A stretch of DNA of 64,000 nucleotides from Candidatus Daviesbacteria bacterium. Lineage in GTDB: Bacteria > Patescibacteriota > Microgenomatia > Daviesbacterales > UBA10151. Below are positions 46,087 to 55,370 of the stretch, in pieces. The stretch is from assembly GCA_016432425.1 (NCBI GenBank), contig CP066688.1, positions 578,619 to 642,618 on the forward strand, in the 5' to 3' direction. How positions within the stretch are numbered: the first letter of the stretch is position 1; the number at the start of each line of letters is the position of its first letter. Both the position numbers and the translations under genes were made by a program. Below the pieces are notes generated by a model. The model did no database searches. It saw nothing but the letters and a program-made list of their open reading frames with translations, and was not told where the DNA came from.

Positions 46087-47430
46087 TTATTGAGCACGTA
46101 AACGGTTTTCTATCTCCTGCATGGTGCAGTTATTTTGAATTGCACATTGGGAACCATGGGTTGTTCCCCGGTCCCAGCAGGTATCTGAACATTTCTGATC
46201 GGTTTGCTTACACTCGGTGCTGGGTGCAGAACCTGAAGGACAATCAACTGAAACAAAGGGGCAGGCATCAATACATCCCTGCAAATTAAATGTATCCCGG
46301 CAAGCGATGAATCCGTCGAAATCACACGTACTGGTGACTTTCGCCGGTTCTTGTGGCGTAGTTGTCCTGCCGCTAGGCAACCTTGGCCCGATAGGTACAG
46401 TATTCTCACCCAAAATATCTTCAATCGAGGAGGGCCAGTCGCTCATATCTGGCTGATAGTCGTTAAAGCCGGCACTCTTCCATTTTTCTTTGAGCCACTT
46501 AACAACCTCAATTAATTTTTCCGCCAGTTGCCTTTTGGTTGGCGGATCTGACTCTTTATCTATAAGTTCCTTAAGGTCCCGGACTAGGCTGGTTGATTGT
46601 TCTTTAAGAATTTCAGACTCACCCAAACCATTTCCGCCCAGTCCCGGAATGTACTGCTCATCAAAGGCAATATGGTTATGGGCAGTTTTAAGCACCCAGT
46701 CTGTTTTTATAATCCGGTCGCGGAGTAGCTCAAAACGCCTGGTGGGATTGGTTTCCTGCCTCATCTGCTCATCAAGGGTATCAAAGATTTGATGGGCCAC
46801 CCCGGGACGCCTCTCGATAGTGATGTCAAAGTTCTCACCGTCAATAGTGAGATCACCGAAAATCTTGAATAATTTGTTTAGCACACCGGGGGATTCGCCG
46901 AATAAATCGCCGATGCCATACAGTTCAGTGCCGAAAGCCTGGCTTACTTCGTTCATCACATCGTTATGACTGACTGCGCGCTCATCCCAGGTGTCATTCC
47001 AAATTTCACCAACGTAATCAAAGGATTTATCCGTCCACTCCTGCAGCAGGGAAAATTTTTTGTAAGGGTCACTGGTTGCCTCTATCCGCGAGCGAAAGTC
47101 TAACCCCAGATACTCGGCATATTTGGCTAGGGCTGTAGATTTAAAGTAGGCATCGCCGGCAAGTCTGGGCAGATCCGGGCTGTCGCCGTAGCGCTTAAGA
47201 CCCTCTTCTTCCCACCCAACTGCTTTGTCGACCAATTCACGGTATTTTTGGGCAACATCAGAGTAGCGCACCTCACGTTCTGCCTCCTGTTTCAGGGTTT
47301 CTGCCTCCTGGAGGTGGCGCTTGTAAAACTGTTTGGAGGTCTCATTAGGAGTGTTTTCGGCGGCTAAGCTTGAGCCGGTAAAGACAATGAAGGTAAGCAG
47401 GACAACCAAGGAGTGTTTGAGCCTGGCCAT
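46087..47430 (-). CDS. Secreted helical protein with Cys-rich C-terminal domain
   Basis: MARLKHSLVV is read from the reverse complement of 47401-47430 (track strand is wrong); signal peptide; visibly more GC-rich than neighbours. Confidence 0.75.
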   Translation of the reverse strand: MARLKHSLVVLLTFIVFTGSSLAAENTPNETSKQFYKRHLQEAETLKQEAEREVRYSDVAQKYRELVDKAVGWEEEGLKRYGDSPDLPRLAGDAYFKSTALAKYAEYLGLDFRSRIEATSDPYKKFSLLQEWTDKSFDYVGEIWNDTWDERAVSHNDVMNEVSQAFGTELYGIGDLFGESPGVLNKLFKIFGDLTIDGENFDITIERRPGVAHQIFDTLDEQMRQETNPTRRFELLRDRIIKTDWVLKTAHNHIAFDEQYIPGLGGNGLGESEILKEQSTSLVRDLKELIDKESDPPTKRQLAEKLIEVVKWLKEKWKSAGFNDYQPDMSDWPSSIEDILGENTVPIGPRLPSGRTTTPQEPAKVTSTCDFDGFIACRDTFNLQGCIDACPFVSVDCPSGSAPSTECKQTDQKCSDTCWDRGTTHGSQCAIQNNCTMQEIENRLRAQ

Positions 47431-47468
47431 TAATGGTATGGTAGCATATTTTGTGATAGCATTTAAAT

Positions 47469-48059
47469 ATGGGCAAAAAGGGTAAGTTGGCTCTTTTGGG
47501 AGTGGCGGTAATTGTTCTGATACTGGTAGGAATAAGGATATCTGGTTCGCGGGAACAACCTAAGTTGCCTGATGTGGGTAAATTTGATGATTATGCCACC
47601 CAGCTTAAGTGGGGCAGGTATGTTAATACCAAATATAAAATTGTTTTTCCTTACCCATTATCCTGGTCAATGAATACCACTACATTAATTTTTGAAGATG
47701 GTGATTTGATAACAGTTGAGTTTTTGGGTCCGACCCAAAAGGAGCGGGCAGAATTTTATGATGGGGCGCGCTTTACGGTAATGATTCCTCAAAAGACTGA
47801 TTTAGATTTGTCCGGTTGGATTGCCGAAAAACACAAAGGTTTACCGGGAGAAAAGCCGCCTGATGTAAACGATGTTCAGTTAAACGGAAGGAATTTTAAG
47901 AAAGTTTATACCTGCGGTTTGGGTTGTTTTACTTATTATTACACTACAATTGATGGTCAGGTGTATGGTGTAATGACCTTTGCGGATGGTCCGCAAAAAA
48001 CTGGGCTGGAAGCTATTTTGAAGGAGATGCTGGCCAAATTGGAGTTGGGCTCAAACTAG
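47469..48059 (+). CDS. Membrane-anchored hypothetical protein (PsbP-like fold possible)
   Basis: N-terminal TM; W..Y.N..Y.I.F.YP..W motif. Confidence 0.6.
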   Translation: MGKKGKLALLGVAVIVLILVGIRISGSREQPKLPDVGKFDDYATQLKWGRYVNTKYKIVFPYPLSWSMNTTTLIFEDGDLITVEFLGPTQKERAEFYDGARFTVMIPQKTDLDLSGWIAEKHKGLPGEKPPDVNDVQLNGRNFKKVYTCGLGCFTYYYTTIDGQVYGVMTFADGPQKTGLEAILKEMLAKLELGSN

Positions 48060-48122
48060 GTTAACGAATTTCTTGTTATAATTCCTCATGAGTTTGTTAT
48101 TAACCTGCAGACTATTTAGATC

Positions 48123-48177
48123 TTGACAGCACATCAGGTTATGATAAACTATAATATATGCTTAATCGTTCATATAT
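48123..48177 (+). promoter_or_regulatory. Promoter and ArsR/SmtB-type operator
   Basis: TTGACA-N16-TAAACT; palindrome atatatg-N10-catatat (48154-48177) over the start codon. Confidence 0.6.
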
Positions 48178-48526
48178 ACAATCACATAAAGGACACCTTC
48201 ATTATACAACGGACTCCAAGATTTTATCTCTACAAAAGAGGTTAAAATTATCTAGTGAGGGAGCAGATCTTCTAAAAATCATCCGTAATCTTTCTGATCC
48301 CACTAAACTTAAAATATATTTACTTCTTACAAAAGTGAAAGCAATACCTGTTACAGATATAACTCAAGTTTTGGGGCTTTCTCAATCTGCTGTTTCTCAT
48401 GCATTAGCTGATTTAAAAAATTTAGGAATGATAGAAAGTTACCGCTGTGGGCAATTAATTTGCTACTCACTTAAGTTAGGTAAAAGAAAACGTAAATTGT
48501 TGAGCTTTCTTGAAGGGTTTAAGTAA
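48158..48526 (+). CDS. ArsR/SmtB family transcriptional regulator
   Basis: LSDPTKLKI, LGLSQSAVSHAL, R.G...CYSL. Confidence 0.9.
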   Translation: MLNRSYIQSHKGHLHYTTDSKILSLQKRLKLSSEGADLLKIIRNLSDPTKLKIYLLLTKVKAIPVTDITQVLGLSQSAVSHALADLKNLGMIESYRCGQLICYSLKLGKRKRKLLSFLEGFK

Positions 48527-48583
48527 TCATAAGCAGAGCTTGATACTTCGTATTAAGCAGAGCTTGAAATTTTTGACAAAATT

Positions 48584-49024
48584 ATGAAACCATTTAATAT
48601 TTTCATTGTTTCATCTTTAGTTGTAATTGCAATAGGTTTTCTCTTCTTCAGAGATGGATTTAACAAACCGCAAAATACAGTCTCAAACACTAATTCTCCA
48701 GTTTTGATGGACAGGCTAAATTATATAGATTATTCCGAGCAGAATTTAATATCTGCTAAAAGAAACGGAAGACCGGTTTTATTTTTTGCTGCCACTGTTT
48801 GGTGTCAGACCTGCCAAGCTTTAGAAAAAGAAATACAAGAGAGAGGTGATTCTTTGCCGCCTGATGTAACAATACTTAAAGTAGACTATGACCACGATGG
48901 GACGATGAATACTAAATTTGGGGTGACTTCTCAACATACATTGATTGTTCTGGATGAAAATGGCAAGGAGAAGAAAAGGTGGATTGGCGGCAACCTTGAT
49001 GCTTTAATTCAAAACCTTAACTGA
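48584..49024 (+). CDS. Membrane-anchored thioredoxin-like protein
   Basis: LFFAATVWCQTC, VDYD, GVTSQHT. Confidence 0.85.
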   Translation: MKPFNIFIVSSLVVIAIGFLFFRDGFNKPQNTVSNTNSPVLMDRLNYIDYSEQNLISAKRNGRPVLFFAATVWCQTCQALEKEIQERGDSLPPDVTILKVDYDHDGTMNTKFGVTSQHTLIVLDENGKEKKRWIGGNLDALIQNLN

Positions 49025-49052
49025 AGCAAGCTTCTTGCTTCGCAATAAAATT

Positions 49053-50738
49053 ATGTTTCTGCTTATACCGATAGCTTTTATATCAGGAATATTAACAGTT
49101 TTTTCTCCCTGTGTATTACCCATACTTCCGGTAGTATTAGCAAGCGGTATTGATGGAAATACCAAAAGAATAAAGGGGGTTATCTTAGGACTTGTTATAA
49201 GTTTTACCATTGCCTCTTTGCTTTTGGCAACAATAGTTAGAGTTTTAGGAATCCCTGCTCATACTGTCAGAATCTTAGCAGTAGTACTTTTGGTAATATT
49301 TGGGATAAGTCTTGTGCTTCCTGTTATTTGGGAAAAAGTTCAGATTTGGGTTGAAAGGTATTGGCATTTTCAGCCAATACAAAACCAAACAGGTGGATTC
49401 TGGGGAGGGTTTTTAACAGGCACAAGTTTAGGGATTGTGTGGACACCCTGTATTGGCCCGGTTGTAGCAGCTATGGCTACCCTGGCTGCAGTCAGTTCAT
49501 TTTCTTTAACAATGGTAGCAGTAGTGTTAGCTTATGCCATCGGAGCAGGAGTTCCGCTGTACTTTATTGCAAGGGGTGGAAGTGCAGCTTCCCAGAAATT
49601 AACTTTTTTTAAAATTGAAAACCAAAAGATCAGACAAGTATTTGGAATCATCATCTTAACAACAGCCCTTTTTATTTGGACAGGTCTGGATAGAGTAGTA
49701 CAAGGATGGACATTGGCTAATTTACCACAGTCTTGGACTCAAATTGCAACTACTTTTGAAAGTAGCGTTAAAGTTGACACACAACTTAGAGAGTTAAAAG
49801 GAGGTGGGCAGCAAGTGCAAAAAGACCTTCGACAAAGCTCAGGTCAAGCAAATCCTGGTGAAACTGTTGTAAGAAAAGTATCTCTACAAAATGATTTTAC
49901 AGGAGCAAAAGTTAAAAAAGAAGATCTGCTGCAAGGCTGTTTTGGACAGGATTGTATTCCCTCGATTGATAATCCTAAATTTGAATCTGTAAACGATGCT
50001 AGCTGGTTAGGAGATGAAGATATGGTGTTTGCAATTAACTACAAGGGTACTCAAAAAGCCTATCCTCAAAGGATCTTAAACTGGCATGAAATCGTCAATG
50101 ATGAAATTGCAGGTGATTCCATAGCGGTCACTTTCTGCCCGCTTTGTGGTAGTGCTTTGGCATTTGAAAGAAAAATAGATGGAGTAACCACCGAGTTTGG
50201 CGTATCCGGAAAGTTACATAATTCTGATTTAGTGATGTACGACAGATACGAAGGTAATTTATGGCAGCAAATAACAGGAGAAGGCATTGTCGGGCCGGCT
50301 GCAAGAAGGAATGAGAAACTTAAACAATTACCAATTGTTACTGCCTCCTGGGGGGAATGGAAAAAAGAACATCCTGATAGCCAAGTCCTGTCAAAGGATA
50401 CAGGTCATAGTAGAAATTATGATCAATATCCGTATGGTACATACGAACAGGATGATCAGCTGCTGTTTGGTGTTAAAGGTTTAGATAAAAGTTTACAGAT
50501 CAAAACAGTTATTTATGGAATAGAAGTTGATGGTAAGTCTAAAGCATATCCTGAAGATAAGTTGAGAGAAAAAAGGATTATTGAAGATAGTATTGGAGAT
50601 ATTCCTATAAGACTGGAGCAGAAAGAATCCGGTGAGATTAAAGCAGTAAATTTACAAACAAACGAAGAAATTATACCAATTAGATTATTCTGGTTTGCCT
50701 GGGCAGCATTTCACCCGGACACAGAAATTTATGAATAG
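49053..50738 (+). CDS. CcdA/DsbD-type membrane domain fused to a DUF3179-like domain
   Basis: SPCVLPILP and WTPCIGP; then IPSIDNP, WHEIVND, TFCPLCGS, FGVSGKL, FWFAW; ATG at 49053. Confidence 0.8.
   Translation: MFLLIPIAFISGILTVFSPCVLPILPVVLASGIDGNTKRIKGVILGLVISFTIASLLLATIVRVLGIPAHTVRILAVVLLVIFGISLVLPVIWEKVQIWVERYWHFQPIQNQTGGFWGGFLTGTSLGIVWTPCIGPVVAAMATLAAVSSFSLTMVAVVLAYAIGAGVPLYFIARGGSAASQKLTFFKIENQKIRQVFGIIILTTALFIWTGLDRVVQGWTLANLPQSWTQIATTFESSVKVDTQLRELKGGGQQVQKDLRQSSGQANPGETVVRKVSLQNDFTGAKVKKEDLLQGCFGQDCIPSIDNPKFESVNDASWLGDEDMVFAINYKGTQKAYPQRILNWHEIVNDEIAGDSIAVTFCPLCGSALAFERKIDGVTTEFGVSGKLHNSDLVMYDRYEGNLWQQITGEGIVGPAARRNEKLKQLPIVTASWGEWKKEHPDSQVLSKDTGHSRNYDQYPYGTYEQDDQLLFGVKGLDKSLQIKTVIYGIEVDGKSKAYPEDKLREKRIIEDSIGDIPIRLEQKESGEIKAVNLQTNEEIIPIRLFWFAWAAFHPDTEIYE
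49824..49845 (+). repeat. CTTCGAC..GCTCAG element in the interdomain linker
   Basis: gaccttcgacaaagctcaggtc with gacct/aggtc arms. Confidence 0.7.
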
Positions 50739-50744
50739 AAAACT

Positions 50745-52016
50745 ATGGTAAATAATAATCCTTGGGAAAGAGCACAAAAACAATTACAGAAAGCAGCAAG
50801 ATATATTAAGCTTGATCCTTTAATGCTGGCAAAACTTACAAATCCGGACAGGGTTATTGAGGTATCTTTGCCCATGAAACTTGATAATGGTGAAGTTAAA
50901 CTTTTTCAAGGCTATAGAGTTCAACATAACAATATCAGAGGTCCCTATAAAGGCGGACTAAGATACCATCAGGATGTAGATATGGATGAGGTGAAAGCTT
51001 TGGCGTTTTGGATGACTATGAAAAATGCCGTGGTAGACGTGCCGTTTGGCGGTGGCAAAGGAGGTATTACAGTTGATCCCAAGACTCTTGAAGAATTGGA
51101 ACTGGAGAAACTCACCCGCCAGTTTACCGGAAAAATTGCAGATATAATCGGTCCCCAAAAAGACGTGCCTGCTCCTGATGTAAACACTAATCCTAAAATT
51201 ATGGCTTGGATTGTAGATGAGTACAGTAAAATTACAGGTAAAAAACAATTAGCTGTTGTGACCGGCAAGCCTATTGAAAAAGGCGGCTCTGAAGGTAGAA
51301 CCGAAGCCACAGGGTTAGGTGGTGTCTATACATTACTTACCGCTTTTCAAAAACTTAACATGAAACCTAAAGGAATGACTGTGGCAATTCAGGGTTTTGG
51401 TAATGTTGGTTTATATGTGGCTAAATTTTTGCAAAAGACGGGCTTTAAGGTGGTGGCTTTATCCGATTCAAAAGGCGGTATTTATATTCCCCAAGGTATT
51501 GAAAGTGTTGAGGAAGTTGAAAAATGTAAATTGGAAAAGGGTACTTTAGCAGGTTGTTATTGCATCGGTTCAGTCTGCGATCTAAAAAATATAGATAAGC
51601 TTGGGGGGAAGAATATATCTTCTGAAGAGGTTTTACAGCTTCCGGTAGATATCATAGTTCCCGCTGCCTTAGAAAATGTCATCACCAAAGATAATGCAGC
51701 TAAAATTAAAGCAAAAATTGTTTTGGAAATGGCCAATGGCCCCACCACTCAAGAAGCGGATGAAATACTACGAAAAAAGGATGTTTTAATGATCCCGGAT
51801 ATTTTAGCAAACTCTGGCGGTGTAACAGTAAGCTACTTTGAGTGGTATCAAAACCTAAACAATGAGCATTGGGGCAAAGAAGAAGTGTTTAAGAAGTTAA
51901 AGGTAAAAATAGAAAAAGCTACAGGTGAAGTGTTTGATACTTCTAATAAATATGGAGTTAGTTTAAGAGAAGCAGCGTATATTGTCGCCTTAAATAGAAT
52001 TCAGAAGGGAAACTAA
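50745..52016 (+). CDS. gdhA: Glu/Leu/Phe/Val dehydrogenase, probably glutamate dehydrogenase
   Basis: GPYKGGLRY, GGGKGG, VPAPDVNT, QGFGNVG, EMANGP, VSYFEW. Confidence 0.9.
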   Translation: MVNNNPWERAQKQLQKAARYIKLDPLMLAKLTNPDRVIEVSLPMKLDNGEVKLFQGYRVQHNNIRGPYKGGLRYHQDVDMDEVKALAFWMTMKNAVVDVPFGGGKGGITVDPKTLEELELEKLTRQFTGKIADIIGPQKDVPAPDVNTNPKIMAWIVDEYSKITGKKQLAVVTGKPIEKGGSEGRTEATGLGGVYTLLTAFQKLNMKPKGMTVAIQGFGNVGLYVAKFLQKTGFKVVALSDSKGGIYIPQGIESVEEVEKCKLEKGTLAGCYCIGSVCDLKNIDKLGGKNISSEEVLQLPVDIIVPAALENVITKDNAAKIKAKIVLEMANGPTTQEADEILRKKDVLMIPDILANSGGVTVSYFEWYQNLNNEHWGKEEVFKKLKVKIEKATGEVFDTSNKYGVSLREAAYIVALNRIQKGN

Positions 52017-52048
52017 GAAGTGTTGTCTAAACAACAGAATTATATTAT

Positions 52049-52357
52049 ATGAAAACTAAACTCATTGAACTTTGGAAAAATGATTGTGAGCATTGTGAGG
52101 CAACAAAGCCTATTCTTGATGAGCTTGAAAGGATGGGTTATGAGATTGAGAGATTTAACATAGAAACTTCGGAAGGTGAGAAAGTTTGGCAAGAATATTT
52201 AGATGTAATCAATAAATACAACAAGAGTCAGGGATACGATGTTAACTTTATTTATACTCCTACATTAATAAATCCTCTGTCAGAACAAGTCATGTCTTAC
52301 CCGGATAGAGCCCCTACTAAAGAAGAAATTATTAAACTTTTGGAAGGAGGTGAGTGA
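52049..52357 (+). CDS. Thioredoxin/glutaredoxin-like protein
   Basis: CEHC motif and cis-Pro YTPT. Confidence 0.75.
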   Translation: MKTKLIELWKNDCEHCEATKPILDELERMGYEIERFNIETSEGEKVWQEYLDVINKYNKSQGYDVNFIYTPTLINPLSEQVMSYPDRAPTKEEIIKLLEGGE

Positions 52358-52358
52358 A

Positions 52359-52517
52359 ATGGCAGACAATCAAACCAAACAAGAACTGGATTCACATTCT
52401 CAAAAAATGCATGGTAAGGCGCAGAAGCCACAGGAACATTCAATAGCCTGTTCAAAATGTGGGCTTAAAGCAAAAACAGCTGATGAGATGCAAGGGCATA
52501 GCTGTGCAACGTGTTAG
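52359..52517 (+). CDS. 52 aa His/Cys-rich putative metal-binding protein
   Basis: GGAGGTGA SD; CSKC-X12-H-S-CATC; absent from the ORF track. Confidence 0.65.
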   Translation: MADNQTKQELDSHSQKMHGKAQKPQEHSIACSKCGLKAKTADEMQGHSCATC

Positions 52518-52533
52518 AATTTAATAGTCTAAT

Positions 52534-53904
52534 ATGAAAAAGTTTGATGTTTTAGTTGTTGGCAGTGGAGCCGGTCTTGAGGTAGCATCAAATGCTGCCG
52601 AGCGCGGTCTGTCTGTGGCCATAGTCGAAGAAGGTCCGCTGGGCGGGACTTGTTTAAACAGAGGTTGTATTCCTTCTAAAATGTTAATCCACTCTGCGGA
52701 TGTGGTGGAAACTATTCAAAGCAGTGAAAGATTTGGGGTTAAAAGCAAAATTGAAAAGATTGATTTTGCCGCAATAGTTAGAAGGGTTTCTAAAGTTGTG
52801 GATACAGACTCCTCCGATATTGAGAAGGCTATCAGAGAATCAGGTAATCCTACTCTCTATAAAGTCAAAGCCAAATTCATTAGTCCTAAACAGATGCAGG
52901 TTGGAGATCCTTCGGCAGGCTCAGGACAAGTTGAGCAAATAGAAGCAGACAAAGTTTTTATTGTGGGAGGTACCCGTCCATCAACTCCCCCGATTCCGGG
53001 GCTTGAGAATACACCTTACCTTGACAGTACAAAAGCCTTGAGATTAGGAAAGCTTCCAGAACATCTGGTAATTATAGGTGGTGGTTATATAGCAGCAGAA
53101 CTGGCTCATTTTTATGGAGCATTGGGAACAAAAATTACCATTTTAGTCAGAGGAGATAAGATGCTTGCTGATGAAGATGAAGAGATAGCAGATTGGTTTA
53201 CCAAAGAATTTTCTAAAAAATATAAAATTTTATTTAAGACTGAAGCTGAGGCTGTCTCATATCAGGACAATAAATTTATCTTAAAACTTAAAGGTGATGG
53301 TGGAAAATTAGAAGCTGATCAACTGCTAGTGGCAACCGGTAGGATGCCCAATACAGACATATTAAACATTAAAGCAACAGGAGTTGAAATGGATGATAAA
53401 GGATTTATCAAAGTTAACGAATATTTGGAAACTAATGTTGAAGGAGTCTTCGCTTTTGGAGACATAATTGGTATCTTACCTTTCAGACACGCTGCTAATG
53501 ACCAAGTTGGTTTTGCAATCAGGAACGCTTTTACTGATAAAAAAGTACCATTTGACCCTTTTGCCATAGGCCATGCAGTTTTTTCATCTCCCCAAGTCGG
53601 AGGTGTTGGGAAAACAGAACAAGAACTTAAAAAGGAAGGTACTACCTATAAAGTTGGTAAAGCAGAACTTAAAGATACTGCGATGGGCGGGGCTTTGCAG
53701 GAAAATGGTTTGGCGAAAGTATTAGTTTCGGAGGAGGATAATATTTTAGGCGTTCATATTATTGGGCCTAATGCTTCCATTTTAATCCATGAAGCCATAG
53801 TGGCTATGAAGGCAAACGGCACAGTTGATGCAATCACGAATTCTGTTTATATCCACCCAGCTTTGTCTGAATGGTTGCAAAGAGCATTTTTTGCTATTCA
53901 ATAA
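52534..53904 (+). CDS. Class I pyridine nucleotide-disulfide oxidoreductase (Lpd/mycothione reductase-like)
   Basis: GSGAG, GGTCLNRGCIPSK, GGGYIAAE, HPALSE. Confidence 0.88.
   Translation: MKKFDVLVVGSGAGLEVASNAAERGLSVAIVEEGPLGGTCLNRGCIPSKMLIHSADVVETIQSSERFGVKSKIEKIDFAAIVRRVSKVVDTDSSDIEKAIRESGNPTLYKVKAKFISPKQMQVGDPSAGSGQVEQIEADKVFIVGGTRPSTPPIPGLENTPYLDSTKALRLGKLPEHLVIIGGGYIAAELAHFYGALGTKITILVRGDKMLADEDEEIADWFTKEFSKKYKILFKTEAEAVSYQDNKFILKLKGDGGKLEADQLLVATGRMPNTDILNIKATGVEMDDKGFIKVNEYLETNVEGVFAFGDIIGILPFRHAANDQVGFAIRNAFTDKKVPFDPFAIGHAVFSSPQVGGVGKTEQELKKEGTTYKVGKAELKDTAMGGALQENGLAKVLVSEEDNILGVHIIGPNASILIHEAIVAMKANGTVDAITNSVYIHPALSEWLQRAFFAIQ
52907..52927 (+). repeat. CTTCGGC..GCTCAG element in frame (PSAGSG)
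   Basis: atccttcggcaggctcaggac. Confidence 0.7.
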
Positions 53905-53934
53905 AGACCTCAGACTTCCTGATATAATCTGCCT

Positions 53935-53964
53935 ATGTCGTCTTTAAAATGTGGAATAGTTGGG
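53935..53964 (+). pseudogene. Stranded 5' end of ychF (MSSLKCGIVG)
   Basis: TGATATAAT box, then a YchF-type N-terminus; similarity ends after ggaatagttggg. Confidence 0.7.
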
Positions 53965-54165
53965 ACACAAATAAACAATTTGAGGCTAACTACATACCTT
54001 TTGTGCTTAAATTCAGACTGCCAAAACTAAGAAAAGGTAGATTAATTTTTGAAAGGGATAGCTTTGGGAGAATAATTCACTCAAAACCTCCATTAATGAA
54101 AACTGTATAAACTTGCAGTTTCTTACAAAAGAGAGTAAAAATTAAGTGTCAGATTTAAGATTGAA

Positions 54166-55062
54166 ATGGATATTTTTGGATTCCAACTAGATAAAAATAT
54201 TATTGCTAATAATTGGGTTCCTATTGCCTTATGGGCAGTAACAATTACAGTTTTAAAAATTCTTTGGAAATGGATAAAAATCCTTTGGAGTAAATTAATA
54301 CTGAAGCTGGCTAAGAAATTACCAAAATTAGATCAGCTTGTTAAAAAAATATTATGGTTTTTATCTATTTTCTTTACCCCACAAGCTAAGCTTATTTATC
54401 TAATATTAGCTGGATTAATTTTTCCCTTTTTAATAAGGCAGCCATATGGTTTTGTTTTATCAGTTTTTGTAGCTTTAGTTGGCTGGTCACTTTATTCAGA
54501 GGTGACTAGGAGTAAGAGTATAAAAAATCCGATATTTTCAGATTCTTTTGAAAATCTTGATTCTTGGGAAACAATTTCTGGTAAACCTAAGGCCGAAAAA
54601 GGTTTTGGTCAACCGGCACCGTCGATACTTTTACCAATAGTGGAAAATGATGCTGGGAAGCACACAGTAGTTGAGTTGAAGGAGCTAATTTTTACTAATG
54701 GGATCATTGAGCTGGATGTATATTTAGAGCAAGGAAGTTTAATAGATCTAATTTTTAGAGGAGATATAAAAGCAGGAAAGTACTATATGGCAAGATTTGA
54801 TTCTAGGGCTGGATCAGGAAACCACGATGGTTTTTTTAGGAATGATGGTAACGGATTTAACTCCATTGGTCAATCTAGTCGTAACATTAGCCCGGATAGT
54901 TGGCACAAAATGAGGGTAGTAATTTCGGGGGATAATTTCCAGTTGTATGATGAAAATGGATTTATATTCTCAGCAACAGATGATAGATACAAAAAGGGAG
55001 CTGTAGGTATCTTTAATGAAGTAGCTAATGTTTATGTTGATAATTTTTCAGTGAAAACGTAA
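54166..55062 (+). CDS. Membrane protein with a C-terminal concanavalin-A-like (DUF1080/LamG-type) domain
   Basis: N-terminal TMs; FSDSFE, WHKMRV, G.VGI, VYVDNF pattern. Confidence 0.6.
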   Translation: MDIFGFQLDKNIIANNWVPIALWAVTITVLKILWKWIKILWSKLILKLAKKLPKLDQLVKKILWFLSIFFTPQAKLIYLILAGLIFPFLIRQPYGFVLSVFVALVGWSLYSEVTRSKSIKNPIFSDSFENLDSWETISGKPKAEKGFGQPAPSILLPIVENDAGKHTVVELKELIFTNGIIELDVYLEQGSLIDLIFRGDIKAGKYYMARFDSRAGSGNHDGFFRNDGNGFNSIGQSSRNISPDSWHKMRVVISGDNFQLYDENGFIFSATDDRYKKGAVGIFNEVANVYVDNFSVKT

Positions 55063-55290
55063 TTAAAAGGGTAGTAAGTCGGAAGCAGGAACTTTAAGGG
55101 CTTTTGCGATTTTGTATAAAGTTCTGATGGTTGGGTTTCGTTCACCACGCTCGATCAAGCCTATGTAGGTTCTGTGCATAGCTAACATGCCAGCTAGTTC
55201 TTCCTGGGTAATGTTTTTGGATTGTCTTACCTTCTGCATTCTATCGCCAAACTTTTCCATTATTTGTTTATGAGTATTTGGTTTGCCCAT
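55063..55290 (-). CDS. XRE family HTH regulator resembling restriction-modification controller (C) proteins
   Basis: FGDR...R....TQEELA...HRTYIGLIERGERNPT. Confidence 0.88.
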   Translation of the reverse strand: MGKPNTHKQIMEKFGDRMQKVRQSKNITQEELAGMLAMHRTYIGLIERGERNPTIRTLYKIAKALKVPASDLLPF

Positions 55291-55304
55291 ACCCACATAT
55301 TAGA

Positions 55305-55338
55305 GACTGCTAGTATCATTCTCGACAGACTCCTTGTC
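55305..55338. promoter_or_regulatory. Two C-box-like sites
   Basis: GACT-GCT-AGTA (55305-55315) and GACT-CCT-TGTC (55328-55338), each one mismatch from GACT-N3-AGTC. Confidence 0.5.
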
Positions 55339-55370
55339 AGCATTTAACTAAAAGAGTATTATCTGAATAT

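Noticed and set aside
46087-47430. Plus-strand label in the ORF track
   Set aside because: The listed protein is encoded by the reverse complement (CAT at 47428-47430, TTA at 46087-46089)
42700-48060. Integron cassette array
   Set aside because: Genes are in mixed orientations, no intI is present and no clear RYYYAAC...GTTRRRY attC structures were seen
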